A stretch of 64,000 nt of DNA from Acidobacteriota bacterium (GTDB taxonomy: Bacteria; Acidobacteriota; CAIWXX01). The stretch's first letter is position 1. Each line of letters begins with the position of its first letter. This document shows, piece after piece, positions 49,569 to 59,932 of the stretch. Under the pieces are notes generated by a model. It was not told the DNA's origin. It worked only from the letters and a program-made list of their open reading frames with translations, and searched no databases. The stretch is taken from assembly GCA_040755995.1 (NCBI GenBank), contig JBFMAF010000049.1, positions 1 to 64,000 on the forward strand, given 5' to 3'. The position numbers were made by a program, and so were the translations under genes.

Positions 49569-51050
49569 CTACTCGGGCCGGAGCAGAGGGAAGAGGATGA
49601 CTTCGCGGATGTTGGGCGATCCGGTGAGCAGCATGGTGAGGCGGTCGATCCCGACGCCCTCGCCGGCCGCCGGCGGCAGGCCGTAGCGCAGTGCGCGGAC
49701 GTAGTCATGATCGATTGCGTGAGCTTCTTCGTCGCCGGCTCCGCGCTGTAAGGCCTGTTCTTCGAAACGGCGGAGCTGCTCCTCCGGGTCGTTGAGCTCG
49801 CTGAAGCCGTTTGCTACTTCCATGCCGCCGATCCAGAGCTCGAACCGCTCGACCAGCTCCGGCCGGCCCGGATGCTGTTTGGAGAGGGGCGAGATGCTCG
49901 TGGGGTAGTCGACGATGTAGGTGGGTCTCTGCAGCTTCGGTTTGACGTAGCGATCGAAGAGGAAGTCGAGCGCCTTGCCGTGGGTCTTCGGGCCGGACAT
50001 TCCCCAGCGTGTGGCTTCTTCCACCACGACCGCCTGGTCGCTCAGGCGGCTCGGATCGATCCCCGAGAATCTGGCCAGAGCTTCCATGTACGGCATGCGG
50101 GGCCACGGGGTATGCAGCGGGATCAGTTCCTCCCCATACTTGATCTCGGTCTTCCCGACCACGTCGCGCGCGAGGCCCGCCAGCATCTCTTCGGTCATCC
50201 CCATGAGGTCCTCGTAAGAGCTGTAGGCCTCGTAGAACTCGAGCATGGTGAACTCGGGGTTATGCATGTGCGAGATCCCCTCGTTGCGGAAGACGCGGTT
50301 CAGCTCGTAGACGCGGTCAAAGCCGCCCACGATGAGTCGCTTGAGGTAGAGCTCGGGGGCGATTCGCATGTAGAGGTCCACATCCAGCGCGTTATGGTGT
50401 GTCTTGAACGGGCGAGCCAGCGCTCCGCCCGGGATTGGCTGCAGGATCGGCGTTTCGACCTCGACATAGGCTCGCTCGTCCAGATATCGCCGGAGCCATC
50501 TGATGATGGCGCTGCGCGTCTGAAACACCTGTTTCACCTCTGGGTTCATCGCCAGGTCGAGGTACCGCTGGCGGTGGCGTATCTCGACGTCGATGAGCCC
50601 GTGGAACTTCTCGGGCAGAGGCAGGAGCGCCTTCGACAGGAACGCGAGCTTCTCCACCTTCACCGTGAGCTCGCCGGTCCGCGTCCGGAACAGCGGCCCC
50701 GTCACCCCGACGTGATCGCCCAGGTCGAGCAGCTTGAGGAGCTTGAAGTCGAGCTCGGAGACCCAATCCCGCCTGACATAGACTTGCAGCCGTTCGGTAG
50801 CGTCGGAGATATGCATGAAGCAGGCCTTGCCCATGTCGCGCTGCAGCATGATGCGCCCCGGAACCGACACCCGAACGGGCTCCGCATCGAGATCCGCCCC
50901 ACTTTGCGAAGCGAAGGCTCTCACGATCTGGCTGGGCGTGTGGGTCCAGTCGAACTTGTGAGGGTAGGTCGGTATACCGAGCTCGGCGATCCTTTTCAGC
51001 TTCTCCTCTCGCTGTGCCACCAGAACGTTCTTCTCTTCCATCGATTTCAC
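49569..51050 (-). CDS. lysS: lysine--tRNA ligase (class II)
   Basis: RQRYLDL, EVETP, RIAPELYLKRL, FRNEG, HNPEFT, GIDRL. Confidence 0.97.
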   Translation of the reverse strand: MKSMEEKNVLVAQREEKLKRIAELGIPTYPHKFDWTHTPSQIVRAFASQSGADLDAEPVRVSVPGRIMLQRDMGKACFMHISDATERLQVYVRRDWVSELDFKLLKLLDLGDHVGVTGPLFRTRTGELTVKVEKLAFLSKALLPLPEKFHGLIDVEIRHRQRYLDLAMNPEVKQVFQTRSAIIRWLRRYLDERAYVEVETPILQPIPGGALARPFKTHHNALDVDLYMRIAPELYLKRLIVGGFDRVYELNRVFRNEGISHMHNPEFTMLEFYEAYSSYEDLMGMTEEMLAGLARDVVGKTEIKYGEELIPLHTPWPRMPYMEALARFSGIDPSRLSDQAVVVEEATRWGMSGPKTHGKALDFLFDRYVKPKLQRPTYIVDYPTSISPLSKQHPGRPELVERFELWIGGMEVANGFSELNDPEEQLRRFEEQALQRGAGDEEAHAIDHDYVRALRYGLPPAAGEGVGIDRLTMLLTGSPNIREVILFPLLRPE

Positions 51051-51058
51051 CCTCTTGT

Positions 51059-51145
51059 GCCGCCCTTCCGGGGCTTGCTCAATCTCCGTCTATGATAACC
51101 CAGGGCTCACGCCCTGGGCTATACATCTGTCGCCCCTTCGGGCTC
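51059..51145. repeat. intergenic palindromic repeat element
   Basis: CCCAGGGCTCACGCCCTGGG hairpin flanked by GCCC(C)TTC(C)GGG motifs. Confidence 0.5.
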
Positions 51146-51185
51146 TCGGAGCGCGTACAGAATGCACACACTGCAGGTCCCCGCG

Positions 51186-52427
51186 TCAGCGGGAACGAGC
51201 GCCTACCTTCTCTACGACGATCGCGAACTGCCGGATCTCGCGGTCCTTCAGCTTGAACTTGCCGCTGACGTAGCGGTACATGGCGTCGCCGAACTGGAGG
51301 GAGTACTCGCCGCCCTTGAGCCCGATGAACGAGAAGCCGCCGTCCGGGCGCACCTGCTGGCGAAGAACGCCGCCCGCCGACTCCACGAGTATCTCGCCTC
51401 CACCGATCGGGCTCCCGTCCGGCGTCTTGATCGTCCCCTCGATCGCCGCGGAGTATCGCACGTCGAAGTTCTTGCGCAGGTACACCGGGCCCGGCCCGTC
51501 TCCGGCGCGGAAGTCCTCTTCCACCAGCCCGCCTTCCTCCTTGGTCCTGAAGATCTGCATGCCGCTGAGGTCGAGCCGCGCCTGCGAATTGCCCTTTTCC
51601 ACCGGTTTCCAATAGACGTAGTTGGCCGAAACCATGTTGACGGTCTTCTGCGGATCCGACAGTATCCATCCGATTCCCGGGTAGTAGACCTCGATGAAAC
51701 GGTGGAGCTGGAAGTCCATGCGCGTCTCATTCCCCTCGACGCCGTCGGGTTTGAGGAGCAGCCCTTGCACGGCGCGCGCCGGGATCTGGACTGAACGGAG
51801 GAGGGTGAGGGCAAGGTTCGAAATGCCTACGCAGTAGCCGCGCTTTCCCTCGAGGACCTGCAATGGATCGTCGGCCCGCGCGGTCTCATCGTAGACGACG
51901 TTCTCGCCGATCCAGGCAAGGATAGCCTCCACCGCATCGGTCTGGTACTTGCTGCCGTGCACCAGGTCCTCAGCCAGCTTCTTGAACGGCTTGGCTCCGG
52001 CCGGAACGCCCGGCTCCGCCAGGGTATAGTCCTGGACGTAGGACGGTAGCTGCTCAGTCTTTGGCTTGAACGGTGCCCGGCACTGCATCAGGTCGCAGGC
52101 TACCGTCACCCTGATTCGCACGCGGCCCTCCCAGTCCGGCATGCCTCGTTCGAGCGCGTAACCGTTGGCCACGTGGCTGCCGATCGTCAGCCAGACAGGC
52201 AGCGACTTGACGAAGTACGTTGCCGATGCCGTGCCCCTCACGAAGGTCTGGGATGCGGGGAGTGCGTCAGGGGCCAGGATGATGAGCGCAACCAACAGCC
52301 ACCGAACGCTGAGCGAACCGACCAGCGCGTCACGTAAACCTGTACCTCCACCCTCGACCCTACCGGCTCCAGAGCGGGCAGCCGGTCGACCCAGGGTCGA
52401 CTCGCGCAACATCCTTTGTTTCTTCAT
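51186..52427 (-). CDS. exported transglutaminase-domain protein with a C-terminal beta-sandwich
   Basis: GYCVG (Cys), IPARAVQG, HRFIEVY, SDP triad. Confidence 0.8.
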   Translation of the reverse strand: MKKQRMLRESTLGRPAARSGAGRVEGGGTGLRDALVGSLSVRWLLVALIILAPDALPASQTFVRGTASATYFVKSLPVWLTIGSHVANGYALERGMPDWEGRVRIRVTVACDLMQCRAPFKPKTEQLPSYVQDYTLAEPGVPAGAKPFKKLAEDLVHGSKYQTDAVEAILAWIGENVVYDETARADDPLQVLEGKRGYCVGISNLALTLLRSVQIPARAVQGLLLKPDGVEGNETRMDFQLHRFIEVYYPGIGWILSDPQKTVNMVSANYVYWKPVEKGNSQARLDLSGMQIFRTKEEGGLVEEDFRAGDGPGPVYLRKNFDVRYSAAIEGTIKTPDGSPIGGGEILVESAGGVLRQQVRPDGGFSFIGLKGGEYSLQFGDAMYRYVSGKFKLKDREIRQFAIVVEKVGARSR

Positions 52428-52483
52428 CTCTCCTGCCTCGTCGCAACTACCGCGCAGCCTCGGCCCGCGACTCGATCTGCCGC

Positions 52484-52903
52484 CTACTTCGAGCCGGCCG
52501 CCAGATCCGCCCTTGCCTTGTGTACTCCGTCCAGCACTCCGTTGATGAACGCATGGCTCTCACTCGATCCGAACTTCTTGGCTATCTCGATCGCTTCATC
52601 GATGACCACCTTCGGAGGTGTAGTCCGGCCATACAGGAGCTCGAACACGGCCACTCGAAGCACATTTCGATCGACGGCTCCCATGCGCTCGACCGACCAG
52701 TTCTTCGAGCATCGCCCGATGATCTGGTCGATCCGCGCGGCATTCTTCCGCCACCCCTCGATGAGAAACGTTGCGAACTCCTCAATCGTCCTCGACACGG
52801 GATGATGCTCGAAGAAAACGACGACGTCCGGCGCCTCCCGGTTCAGATCGGCCTGGAAGAGGACCTGCAGCGCGCACTCACGAGCTTTCCTGCGTGCTCC
52901 CAT
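52484..52903 (-). CDS. nusB: transcription antitermination factor NusB
   Basis: RRKARE.ALQ, DRNVLR, EAIEIAK.F, FINGVLD. Confidence 0.96.
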   Translation of the reverse strand: MGARRKARECALQVLFQADLNREAPDVVVFFEHHPVSRTIEEFATFLIEGWRKNAARIDQIIGRCSKNWSVERMGAVDRNVLRVAVFELLYGRTTPPKVVIDEAIEIAKKFGSSESHAFINGVLDGVHKARADLAAGSK

Positions 52904-52918
52904 GCGGGCAATGAGACC

Positions 52919-53404
52919 TCAGCCCTTCTTGGCCTTCTTGCCCAGGGCCTTCGCAAGGCTGGCCATCTCCACGGCCGTCATAGCGGCATCGAATCCCTTG
53001 TTCCCGCCCTTCGCGCCCGCTCGATCGATCGCCTGCTCCAGATTGTCCGCCGTGATCACGCCGAAGGCCACAGGGACTCCTGTCTGCAACATCACCTGGG
53101 CGATTCCCTTCGATACCTCCGCCGCCACGTACTCGAAATGCGGCGTCTCGCCGCGGATGACAGCGCCCACGCAGATGATCGCGTCGTATTCGCCCGAGTG
53201 CGCGAGCTGGTTGGCCACCATGGGCATCTCGAAGGAACCAGGCACCCTTACCACGGTGATGTCCTTCTCTGCCGCCCCCGTGCGCAAGAGGGCGTCCCGA
53301 GCCCCGTCAAGCAATCGGGCAACGACGAAATCATTGAAACGGCCCACGACGATCGCGAACCGCAGCCCGGATGACTGCAACACACCTTCTATTGTCTGAC
53401 CCAT
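52919..53404 (-). CDS. ribH: 6,7-dimethyl-8-ribityllumazine synthase
   Basis: [20 protein letters not shown]. Confidence 0.97.
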   Translation of the reverse strand: MGQTIEGVLQSSGLRFAIVVGRFNDFVVARLLDGARDALLRTGAAEKDITVVRVPGSFEMPMVANQLAHSGEYDAIICVGAVIRGETPHFEYVAAEVSKGIAQVMLQTGVPVAFGVITADNLEQAIDRAGAKGGNKGFDAAMTAVEMASLAKALGKKAKKG

Positions 53405-53536
53405 GGCTTCTGCTCCTCAGAAGGCTTTGAACTATATGTCGAAGGGGCCGGAGTGTCAAACCCTGGCCGGCGATGGCGATGGCGATGGCGATGAGGGGAC
53501 ATCAGAACGTAGAGGACGTGTGTTCGGGAGACACGT

Positions 53537-53564
53537 GCAGGGGCGACGCATGCGTCGCCCCCAC
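53537..53564. repeat. REP-like palindrome
   Basis: GCAGGGGCGACGCATGCGTCGCCCCCAC. Confidence 0.6.
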
Positions 53565-53583
53565 CAGCGTCCGGTGCCGCCCC

Positions 53584-53612
53584 TTGACACCGCTACACCG
53601 ATAACTGACAAT
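53584..53612 (+). promoter_or_regulatory. putative sigma70 promoter
   Basis: TTGACA-N17-GACAAT. Confidence 0.45.
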
Positions 53613-53624
53613 TCCCGGGGTTAA

Positions 53625-54023
53625 GTGTATATGGACATTGGTGGCCGGACGCCTACCGTTCTGGTTGTGGACGACGACGAGTGGCAGGTGAAGAGCCTCG
53701 TGCAGTTACTGGAGCGTGAGGGTATCCGCACGAAGAGTGCGATGTCCGGAGTAGACGCGCTGAAAATCCTCGACACGGACAGCTTCGATCTCATACTGCT
53801 CGACGTGGTCATGCCTGAGATGGACGGGTACGAGGTCTGCAGGAGGATCCGGGCCCATGCCAAGGCCAAGACCACACCGGTCGTCTTCCTCACGGCCAAG
53901 GCCGGCGCGGCGGACTACATGAAGGGAATGAAGAGCGGCGGGGACACCTATATCACCAAGCCATTCCGCAACTCGCAGCTGCTCATGATGATGAAGACCC
54001 TCATGTCGATGCGGCGGAAGTAG
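53625..54023 (+). CDS. single-domain response regulator (CheY-like)
   Basis: VVDDD, LLDVVMP, FLTA, ITKPF. Confidence 0.92.
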   Translation: MYMDIGGRTPTVLVVDDDEWQVKSLVQLLEREGIRTKSAMSGVDALKILDTDSFDLILLDVVMPEMDGYEVCRRIRAHAKAKTTPVVFLTAKAGAADYMKGMKSGGDTYITKPFRNSQLLMMMKTLMSMRRK

Positions 54024-54385
54024 AGGCCGGCCAACCCCAAACCGAAGCAGATCGAGGCTCCACCGCGGCAACCCCACACAGGTCCTTCCATGGGCCTGTG
54101 TAACCTTTGTGCCGGGCCGAAGTCTATTCGGAGTGGCCGTGTTGAAGTCGGCACCGGCACGAAACCGCACGGCTCGCCTCATTGACAATGGAACCGGATA
54201 GCGCTCAGGAGCGTATAGGACTAAGAATGGCGAGGACGACCTGTCCTGTCCGACGCGGCGAGGGCTGCGCGGTGTCTGCCTTCGGACTCCCGTGTCTTCC
54301 TGGAACCTCGCATGTGCGCTCGACTCCATCGGCCACGATCCGAGTGCCCGCCAGCCCCGCGTTCACTCCACCAGAAAGGAACACC

Positions 54386-56632
54386 ATGAACCTGCCGCTT
54401 CCACCATTCCGCGCACTCCCCGCTCTGCTTCTCCTCCTCGCGGCATCGCTCCAGGCCGAGCAGGCGCCGGCCAGGCTTGTGGTCCCGCGAACGACGAGCC
54501 CCATTACGATTGACGGCGACCTGTCCGACCCTGGATGGCAGGGCGCGGGTGTCATCGATACGTTCTACGAGACCCAGCCTGGTGACAACGTGACACCCAA
54601 AGTCAAGACGACCGCCCTCGTGACCTACGACGCCAAACACTTCTATATCGGCGTGATCTGTGACGACCCGGAACCGAAGAAGATACGCGCTCCGTATGTC
54701 GATCGGGACAATATCATAGGCACAGATGACAACGTGGCGATCTTCCTCGACACCCGCAACGACCGGCGGTCTGCCATCGAGCTGCGCGTGAATCCACGCG
54801 GCATCCAGGCCGACGCCATGTACAACGATGCCGATGGGAACGAAGATTTCTCACCGGACTTTTTCTACGATACGGCGGCGAGAATCACGGAGACCGGGTG
54901 GAGCGCCGAGTATAGAATTCCCTTCTCTTCTTTGCGCTACCCGAAGTCCCCCGTCCAGACGTGGACAATCCTGATCTGGCGCAACTACCCGCGTGATTAC
55001 CGCTACTTCATCATGAGCAGCGCGGTACCGCGCAGCTCGAACTGCTGGATATGTCACAGCATGGAGCTGACAGGAATCACCGATCTGCCGTCGGGCGGAT
55101 ATCTGGTGGGCGCCCCCTACGTTGCGGCGAAAGAATCAGGCCATCCTCGCAACGAACCGGGCAGCGATTTCGTCTACGAGCCGGTTGACGGAGAGGCCGG
55201 GCTCGACGTCAAGTGGACCCCGACGGCAAACACCGCGCTGGACGTCGCTCTGAACCCAGATTTCTCCCAGATCGAGTCCGACGTCGGGCAGATCGCGGTC
55301 AATAACAGGTTCGCTCTGTTCTATCCCGAGAAGAGGCCGTTCTTTCTGGAATCTGTGGACCTGTTCGACACGCCCATCCAGGCGGTCTACACGCGTACCA
55401 TCACTTCGCCGAAGTGGGGAGTCAGGGCCACAGGGAAGACGGGCTCATCGGCATACACGTTCCTCGTCGCGGAGGACCGCGGGGGCGGGAGCGTGATCAT
55501 ACCTGGGCCGGACTACTCCAGCCTGGCCCCACAAGACTTCCGGTCCTTCGCCGCCATAGGCCGCGTGAGACGCGACTTCGGCCGCTCGTTCGGCGGTCTG
55601 CTTTTCACCGACCGCGAGATCGAGGGCGGCGGGCACAACCGCGTATTCGGCCCGGACTTCCAGTGGCGGCCGAGCTCGAAAGATCAGCTCGTCGGCCAGA
55701 TCCTGGTCTCCGACACGCAAACACCAGACCTCCCCGATCTCGATCCTTCATGGGACGGCGGCCAGTTCACATCTAGCGCCCTGTCATTGATGTGGCTCCA
55801 CAGCGCTCCCACCTGGATCTGGCGCCTCACCTATGAAGACATAGGCGACGGCTTCCGCGCAGACAACGGATTCGTCCCGCAGGTAGGCTATCGTCTGGGT
55901 CGCGCCTATCTTGGCCGGAACTTTTACCCTGAGGGAGTGTTCCGGGTCGTGAGGCCGTACTTCATCGTTCGTTATGATAGCGACAGGGACGGCCGGATGC
56001 TTCTTCGCCGTACATTTCCAGGTGTTCAGTTGCAGGGCTGGCACAACCTGGTGGGAATGGTAGAGGTCTACATCAAAGACAAGTCGAGAGTCGAGGACCA
56101 GGTGTTCGAAACGAGCCAGGTATTCTATTATGTGGAAATCGACCCGTCGCGACGTTTTTCGCGCATAGGTGTCAGCGGCTACCTCGGCGAGGACATCGAC
56201 TTCGCCAACCTGCGGGTGGGCAACGGCGGCGAGCTCATGCTGACGGGCACGATCAAGCCCACCGACCACCTCCAGTTGGAGTTCAACGCCGACAGGCAGT
56301 GGCTAAACGTGACGACTGAATCCGGCCTGGAAGGGCGCCTGTTCACCGCACAGATCGAACGGATCAAGGCCACCTACAGTTTCACAGCCCGCGCCCTCCT
56401 GCGCGCCATCGGCGAGTACCTGACCGTCGATCGCGACCCCGCGCTCTATTCCTTCGAAGTCCCAGCCAGATCGGGAGGATTCTCCGGCTCGCTTCTCCTC
56501 TCGTACAAACTGAACTGGCAGACGGTTTTCTTCATCGGCTACGGCGACAATCGGACGCTCACGGAAGACAACCGGCTGACTCCGGAGGACAGGCAGTTCT
56601 TCCTGAAAATGTCATACGCATTCCAGCGGTAG
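54386..56632 (+). CDS. CBM9-like + DUF5916 outer membrane protein
   Basis: Signal peptide, IDGDLSD..W, NPDFSQIESD, YPEKRPFF, C-terminal FLKMSYAF; start at 54386 behind AAAGGA. Confidence 0.85.
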   Translation: MNLPLPPFRALPALLLLLAASLQAEQAPARLVVPRTTSPITIDGDLSDPGWQGAGVIDTFYETQPGDNVTPKVKTTALVTYDAKHFYIGVICDDPEPKKIRAPYVDRDNIIGTDDNVAIFLDTRNDRRSAIELRVNPRGIQADAMYNDADGNEDFSPDFFYDTAARITETGWSAEYRIPFSSLRYPKSPVQTWTILIWRNYPRDYRYFIMSSAVPRSSNCWICHSMELTGITDLPSGGYLVGAPYVAAKESGHPRNEPGSDFVYEPVDGEAGLDVKWTPTANTALDVALNPDFSQIESDVGQIAVNNRFALFYPEKRPFFLESVDLFDTPIQAVYTRTITSPKWGVRATGKTGSSAYTFLVAEDRGGGSVIIPGPDYSSLAPQDFRSFAAIGRVRRDFGRSFGGLLFTDREIEGGGHNRVFGPDFQWRPSSKDQLVGQILVSDTQTPDLPDLDPSWDGGQFTSSALSLMWLHSAPTWIWRLTYEDIGDGFRADNGFVPQVGYRLGRAYLGRNFYPEGVFRVVRPYFIVRYDSDRDGRMLLRRTFPGVQLQGWHNLVGMVEVYIKDKSRVEDQVFETSQVFYYVEIDPSRRFSRIGVSGYLGEDIDFANLRVGNGGELMLTGTIKPTDHLQLEFNADRQWLNVTTESGLEGRLFTAQIERIKATYSFTARALLRAIGEYLTVDRDPALYSFEVPARSGGFSGSLLLSYKLNWQTVFFIGYGDNRTLTEDNRLTPEDRQFFLKMSYAFQR

Positions 56633-56667
56633 CCCTGCCGCGGGCTACGGACCGATTGGGGATTCCC

Positions 56668-57132
56668 TCACGCGCCGAGCGGGTACAGCCTCTCGATAGT
56701 CTCCAGGTGCGCCTGGATGACAGGTCGCTGCAAGACGACCGCGAATGCCGTCACCAGGCCGCCGACGAAAAGATCGGCGAGAGACCGCGTGAGAAGGGCG
56801 GAGAACAGGCCCAGGACGGCGGCCGATTCGAGGAGGCCGAACGAGATCATCGAAATCTGCACGAGCAGCGCCGAGGCGGCGCCGCGCGAGCCCCGCGCGC
56901 GCAGCTTCTCTTCGTTGATCGTGAGGCGCGGCAGCATGAAGCCGGACGCGAGTGTCGTGAGACCCACCAAGAACGCCCCACCACGAATCATCGGGGCCGC
57001 TTCTGCCGGTACGCGCGGATCGAAGTTGGGCATCGCCAGAAGCCCGACTACGACATAGAGCAACGGGGAGGCCACAAAACAGAGCCACAGGACCGTGATC
57101 GTTCGTCGTGTGTCACCGGTCTTGGTTGCCAT
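56668..57132 (-). CDS. hypothetical membrane protein
   Basis: About four TM segments; RBS AGGAG. Confidence 0.65.
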   Translation of the reverse strand: MATKTGDTRRTITVLWLCFVASPLLYVVVGLLAMPNFDPRVPAEAAPMIRGGAFLVGLTTLASGFMLPRLTINEEKLRARGSRGAASALLVQISMISFGLLESAAVLGLFSALLTRSLADLFVGGLVTAFAVVLQRPVIQAHLETIERLYPLGA

Positions 57133-57186
57133 CGGTTCTCTCCTGTGCAAACCGGCGTTGCCGCCGCCTGTCTCCGCTCGAGCGGG

Positions 57187-57936
57187 CTAACGCGCCCGGC
57201 CGCTTCTCAGCCACTCGGCCCAGTCGGCCCGGCCGTTTTCTCTGGCCCTGGCGGAGGCTCGCGCCCAGTCGTAGGGCACCGCCACATGGTCGACCTGCCA
57301 CCCCGCGCCGCTCTTGGCCACCACCGCGTACCGCGCGTGCGGGCTGCCGGCTTGCATCACATGCGCCACGGGCTGGTCGTCAGAATAGGCGGGCAGGCCC
57401 ACGCTCCCGGGGTTCACCACGAGCTGCCCGTTCGGCAGCCACACAGTCCACGGAACGTGGCTGTGCCCACACAGCACAACCGGCTCTGAGACTTTTTCGA
57501 GCGAGGCCATGATCTGATCGGGCGCGCGCAGGGTAGGGCCCATTGGCGAGATATCCTCCAACAGGTAGGTGACGTCCGACCCCGGTGTGCCGTGGCAGGC
57601 GAACAGCTTGGCACCCACCGTCTCGGTGGGCTGATGCATCCTTAGCCAGGCGATCTGCTCGGCACGGAGGTTCCGGCGGACGAATTCGGGGGTCGGGCTC
57701 GCGGTCCCTTCTCCTGAGTGCTCTGTGATCAGCCGATCCTCGTTTCCACGCACGTTCACGATCTTACGGGGCATCAGCATCTCCGCCGTTCCACGCGGAT
57801 CCAGCGGCCCATACACGGTGTCGCCAAGATTCACAATCCACGTGATGTCGCGTTTCTCGATGTCAGCCAGCACTGCTTCCAGCGCCCACGAGTTGCCGTG
57901 GATGTCCGAGACCACCGCGATCTGAAGATCGATCAT
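57187..57936 (-). CDS. calcineurin-like metallophosphoesterase
   Basis: SDIHGN, LGD, GNED, HG, GHSH, NPGSVG. Confidence 0.92.
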   Translation of the reverse strand: MIDLQIAVVSDIHGNSWALEAVLADIEKRDITWIVNLGDTVYGPLDPRGTAEMLMPRKIVNVRGNEDRLITEHSGEGTASPTPEFVRRNLRAEQIAWLRMHQPTETVGAKLFACHGTPGSDVTYLLEDISPMGPTLRAPDQIMASLEKVSEPVVLCGHSHVPWTVWLPNGQLVVNPGSVGLPAYSDDQPVAHVMQAGSPHARYAVVAKSGAGWQVDHVAVPYDWARASARARENGRADWAEWLRSGRAR

Positions 57937-57975
57937 CGAATACCTCCTATTCTCCACCTCGCCATGCGGAGAACT

Positions 57976-58368
57976 TCAGCCGCCGGGCTTGTCGAGCTCC
58001 TTCGCGAAGCGCTTGCGCTCGCACGCGTCCTCGATGGCGGAAACGAGCGTGTCGAGGGGGCACGGCTTGAGAAGCACGTCGGCCGCCCCGCTCTTCAGCG
58101 CCATCGTCGTGCCTCCGAGATCGGCATGACCGGTCAGAAGCAGGACCGGCGTGAGTGAATCGCGGCGGCGGATCATGTCGAGCGTTGCAAGGCCGTCCAT
58201 GCCGGGCATGCGCAGGTCCAGCACGATGACGTCGAACTCCTCCTTCGAGTGCCGTTCGGCGGCCGACCCGCCGTCGTACACCGTCACGCTCTCGATACCC
58301 CTGCGCCGCAGCACCTTCGCGAGCGAATCGACGTACACCTTTTCGTCATCAGCCAGCAGAACACGCAT
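57976..58368 (-). CDS. single-domain response regulator
   Basis: LADDE, LDLRMP, LTGH, LKP. Confidence 0.9.
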   Translation of the reverse strand: MRVLLADDEKVYVDSLAKVLRRRGIESVTVYDGGSAAERHSKEEFDVIVLDLRMPGMDGLATLDMIRRRDSLTPVLLLTGHADLGGTTMALKSGAADVLLKPCPLDTLVSAIEDACERKRFAKELDKPGG

Positions 58369-58597
58369 CCAGTCTTACTCCGGCAGAGTCCACTCCTGGA
58401 GTCTACTCCAAGGCGCGAGTCGATTGCGAGTGCCTGCGTCTTGGCGCTGGCCAGGAGCTCCGGCCCCGCGTTCGTGAACGTGACCGGATCCCATCCCACC
58501 GGTCACATCCACGACCGCGAACACGATCGCGAAACTTGCCGCAGTATCCCATCGAGCCCGAGAGAGCGATTCGGTCGCCCTCTCCGGCTCAGGTATG

Positions 58598-59833
58598 TCA
58601 GCCTTCGGTGATGACATCGAGGATCTTGATGTCCCGCTTCTCGAGCTCTTTCAGGAATCTGGCATAGAGACCGCCGTAGATGCAATCCTCTGGCGGCACG
58701 ATGCCCTTCTCCTTGATCTCCCCGGCGAGCAACATGCTGGTGGCGATGGCCACGGGGAAGCCGGTCGCCCGCGCCATCGACGAGATGCCCCTCTTGGTAT
58801 CCGCCTCGTCCCACATGAAATACTCGATCTTCATCGGCTTGCCCTGGTGAGTGCCGACGAGCGTGTTGTACATCACGCAGACGTCGGTCTCGCCTTCTCG
58901 CGGCCGGAGCCTCGGCGTGATCCGCGACAGCAGGAACTCCCTGGGCACGATCTTGCGGCCCTTGAACTCCGCGGGCGTTATGTCCAGGAGCCCGCACTCC
59001 TTCAGCGTCTGAACTCCCTGCCAGTGGCCGGGCCACCTGACCGTCTTCTCGGCGAACTCCCTGAGCTGCGTTCGCGAATACATGAAGCTCGGCATCCCCG
59101 GGGTCACGGCGCACTCGAGCTGCTCGTTCTTCCCGAACTTGTCGAACAGGAAAGGCTCTAGCTCGGTCGCCGCATCCACCTCGACCATCTTCCCATCCTT
59201 GATCACGTTGAGCCGGATCATGTACTCGCGCAGCACGTGATCGAAGGCCCACGTGATCATATAGCGCAGCGGGTGGTTCTTCGCGGCCTCCTTCGCGGGA
59301 ATGCCTCCGACGCGCGCCACCGCTTTCACAGGGTTGTCCATCTTTCGCATACCCTCGCCCAGCGTCACGTTGCTGAGACCGGGAGCGAAGCCCATACCGT
59401 CAACGAAGGTCACATCGTTCTTGATGGCGGTCTCATGAATCCAGTCGCCGTACTGATTGAGGGTCATACCCTTCGGCAGCTCGAGCCCCTCGGTCTCGTA
59501 CGCGTCGGGCCGCCGGTGATACTCTTCGAGCATGTCGACGATATCCAGCCCGGCCTCGACCGCGCAGTGCACCAGCTTGTAGCTGGTGTGACGGTCCGGA
59601 AGAGCCAGCGCACCCGCGTCGTACTGCTTCATCAACCGCATCATCCGCGGCTTGTCGTCCACGTCGAGCGCGTGGCAGGCGATCTTGTCGCTGCCGATCC
59701 ACTTCTTCGTCTTGTCGAGCGCAGTCTTGCGCCGGCCGACGATTCCGACCTTCTCAACTCTGGGGTCCTGGGCCAGATCCAACGCCACCGCCGATCCGAC
59801 CTTGCCCGACCCACCGAATACTAGTGCCTTCAC
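58598..59833 (-). CDS. saccharopine dehydrogenase / lysine 6-dehydrogenase family oxidoreductase
   Basis: GGSGKVG Rossmann motif, GFAPGLSN, VGGIP, KTVRWPGH, SMARATG, GIVPPE. Confidence 0.88.
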   Translation of the reverse strand: MKALVFGGSGKVGSAVALDLAQDPRVEKVGIVGRRKTALDKTKKWIGSDKIACHALDVDDKPRMMRLMKQYDAGALALPDRHTSYKLVHCAVEAGLDIVDMLEEYHRRPDAYETEGLELPKGMTLNQYGDWIHETAIKNDVTFVDGMGFAPGLSNVTLGEGMRKMDNPVKAVARVGGIPAKEAAKNHPLRYMITWAFDHVLREYMIRLNVIKDGKMVEVDAATELEPFLFDKFGKNEQLECAVTPGMPSFMYSRTQLREFAEKTVRWPGHWQGVQTLKECGLLDITPAEFKGRKIVPREFLLSRITPRLRPREGETDVCVMYNTLVGTHQGKPMKIEYFMWDEADTKRGISSMARATGFPVAIATSMLLAGEIKEKGIVPPEDCIYGGLYARFLKELEKRDIKILDVITEG

Positions 59834-59932
59834 AGTAGCTCCCTCCTTGCGGCTCAACCCCGCATGAACATGATGTTGAATAATGAATGCATCTCCCGGC
59901 GAAAGCGCGCCCGCTCGCGCCCTCAGCCTTCT

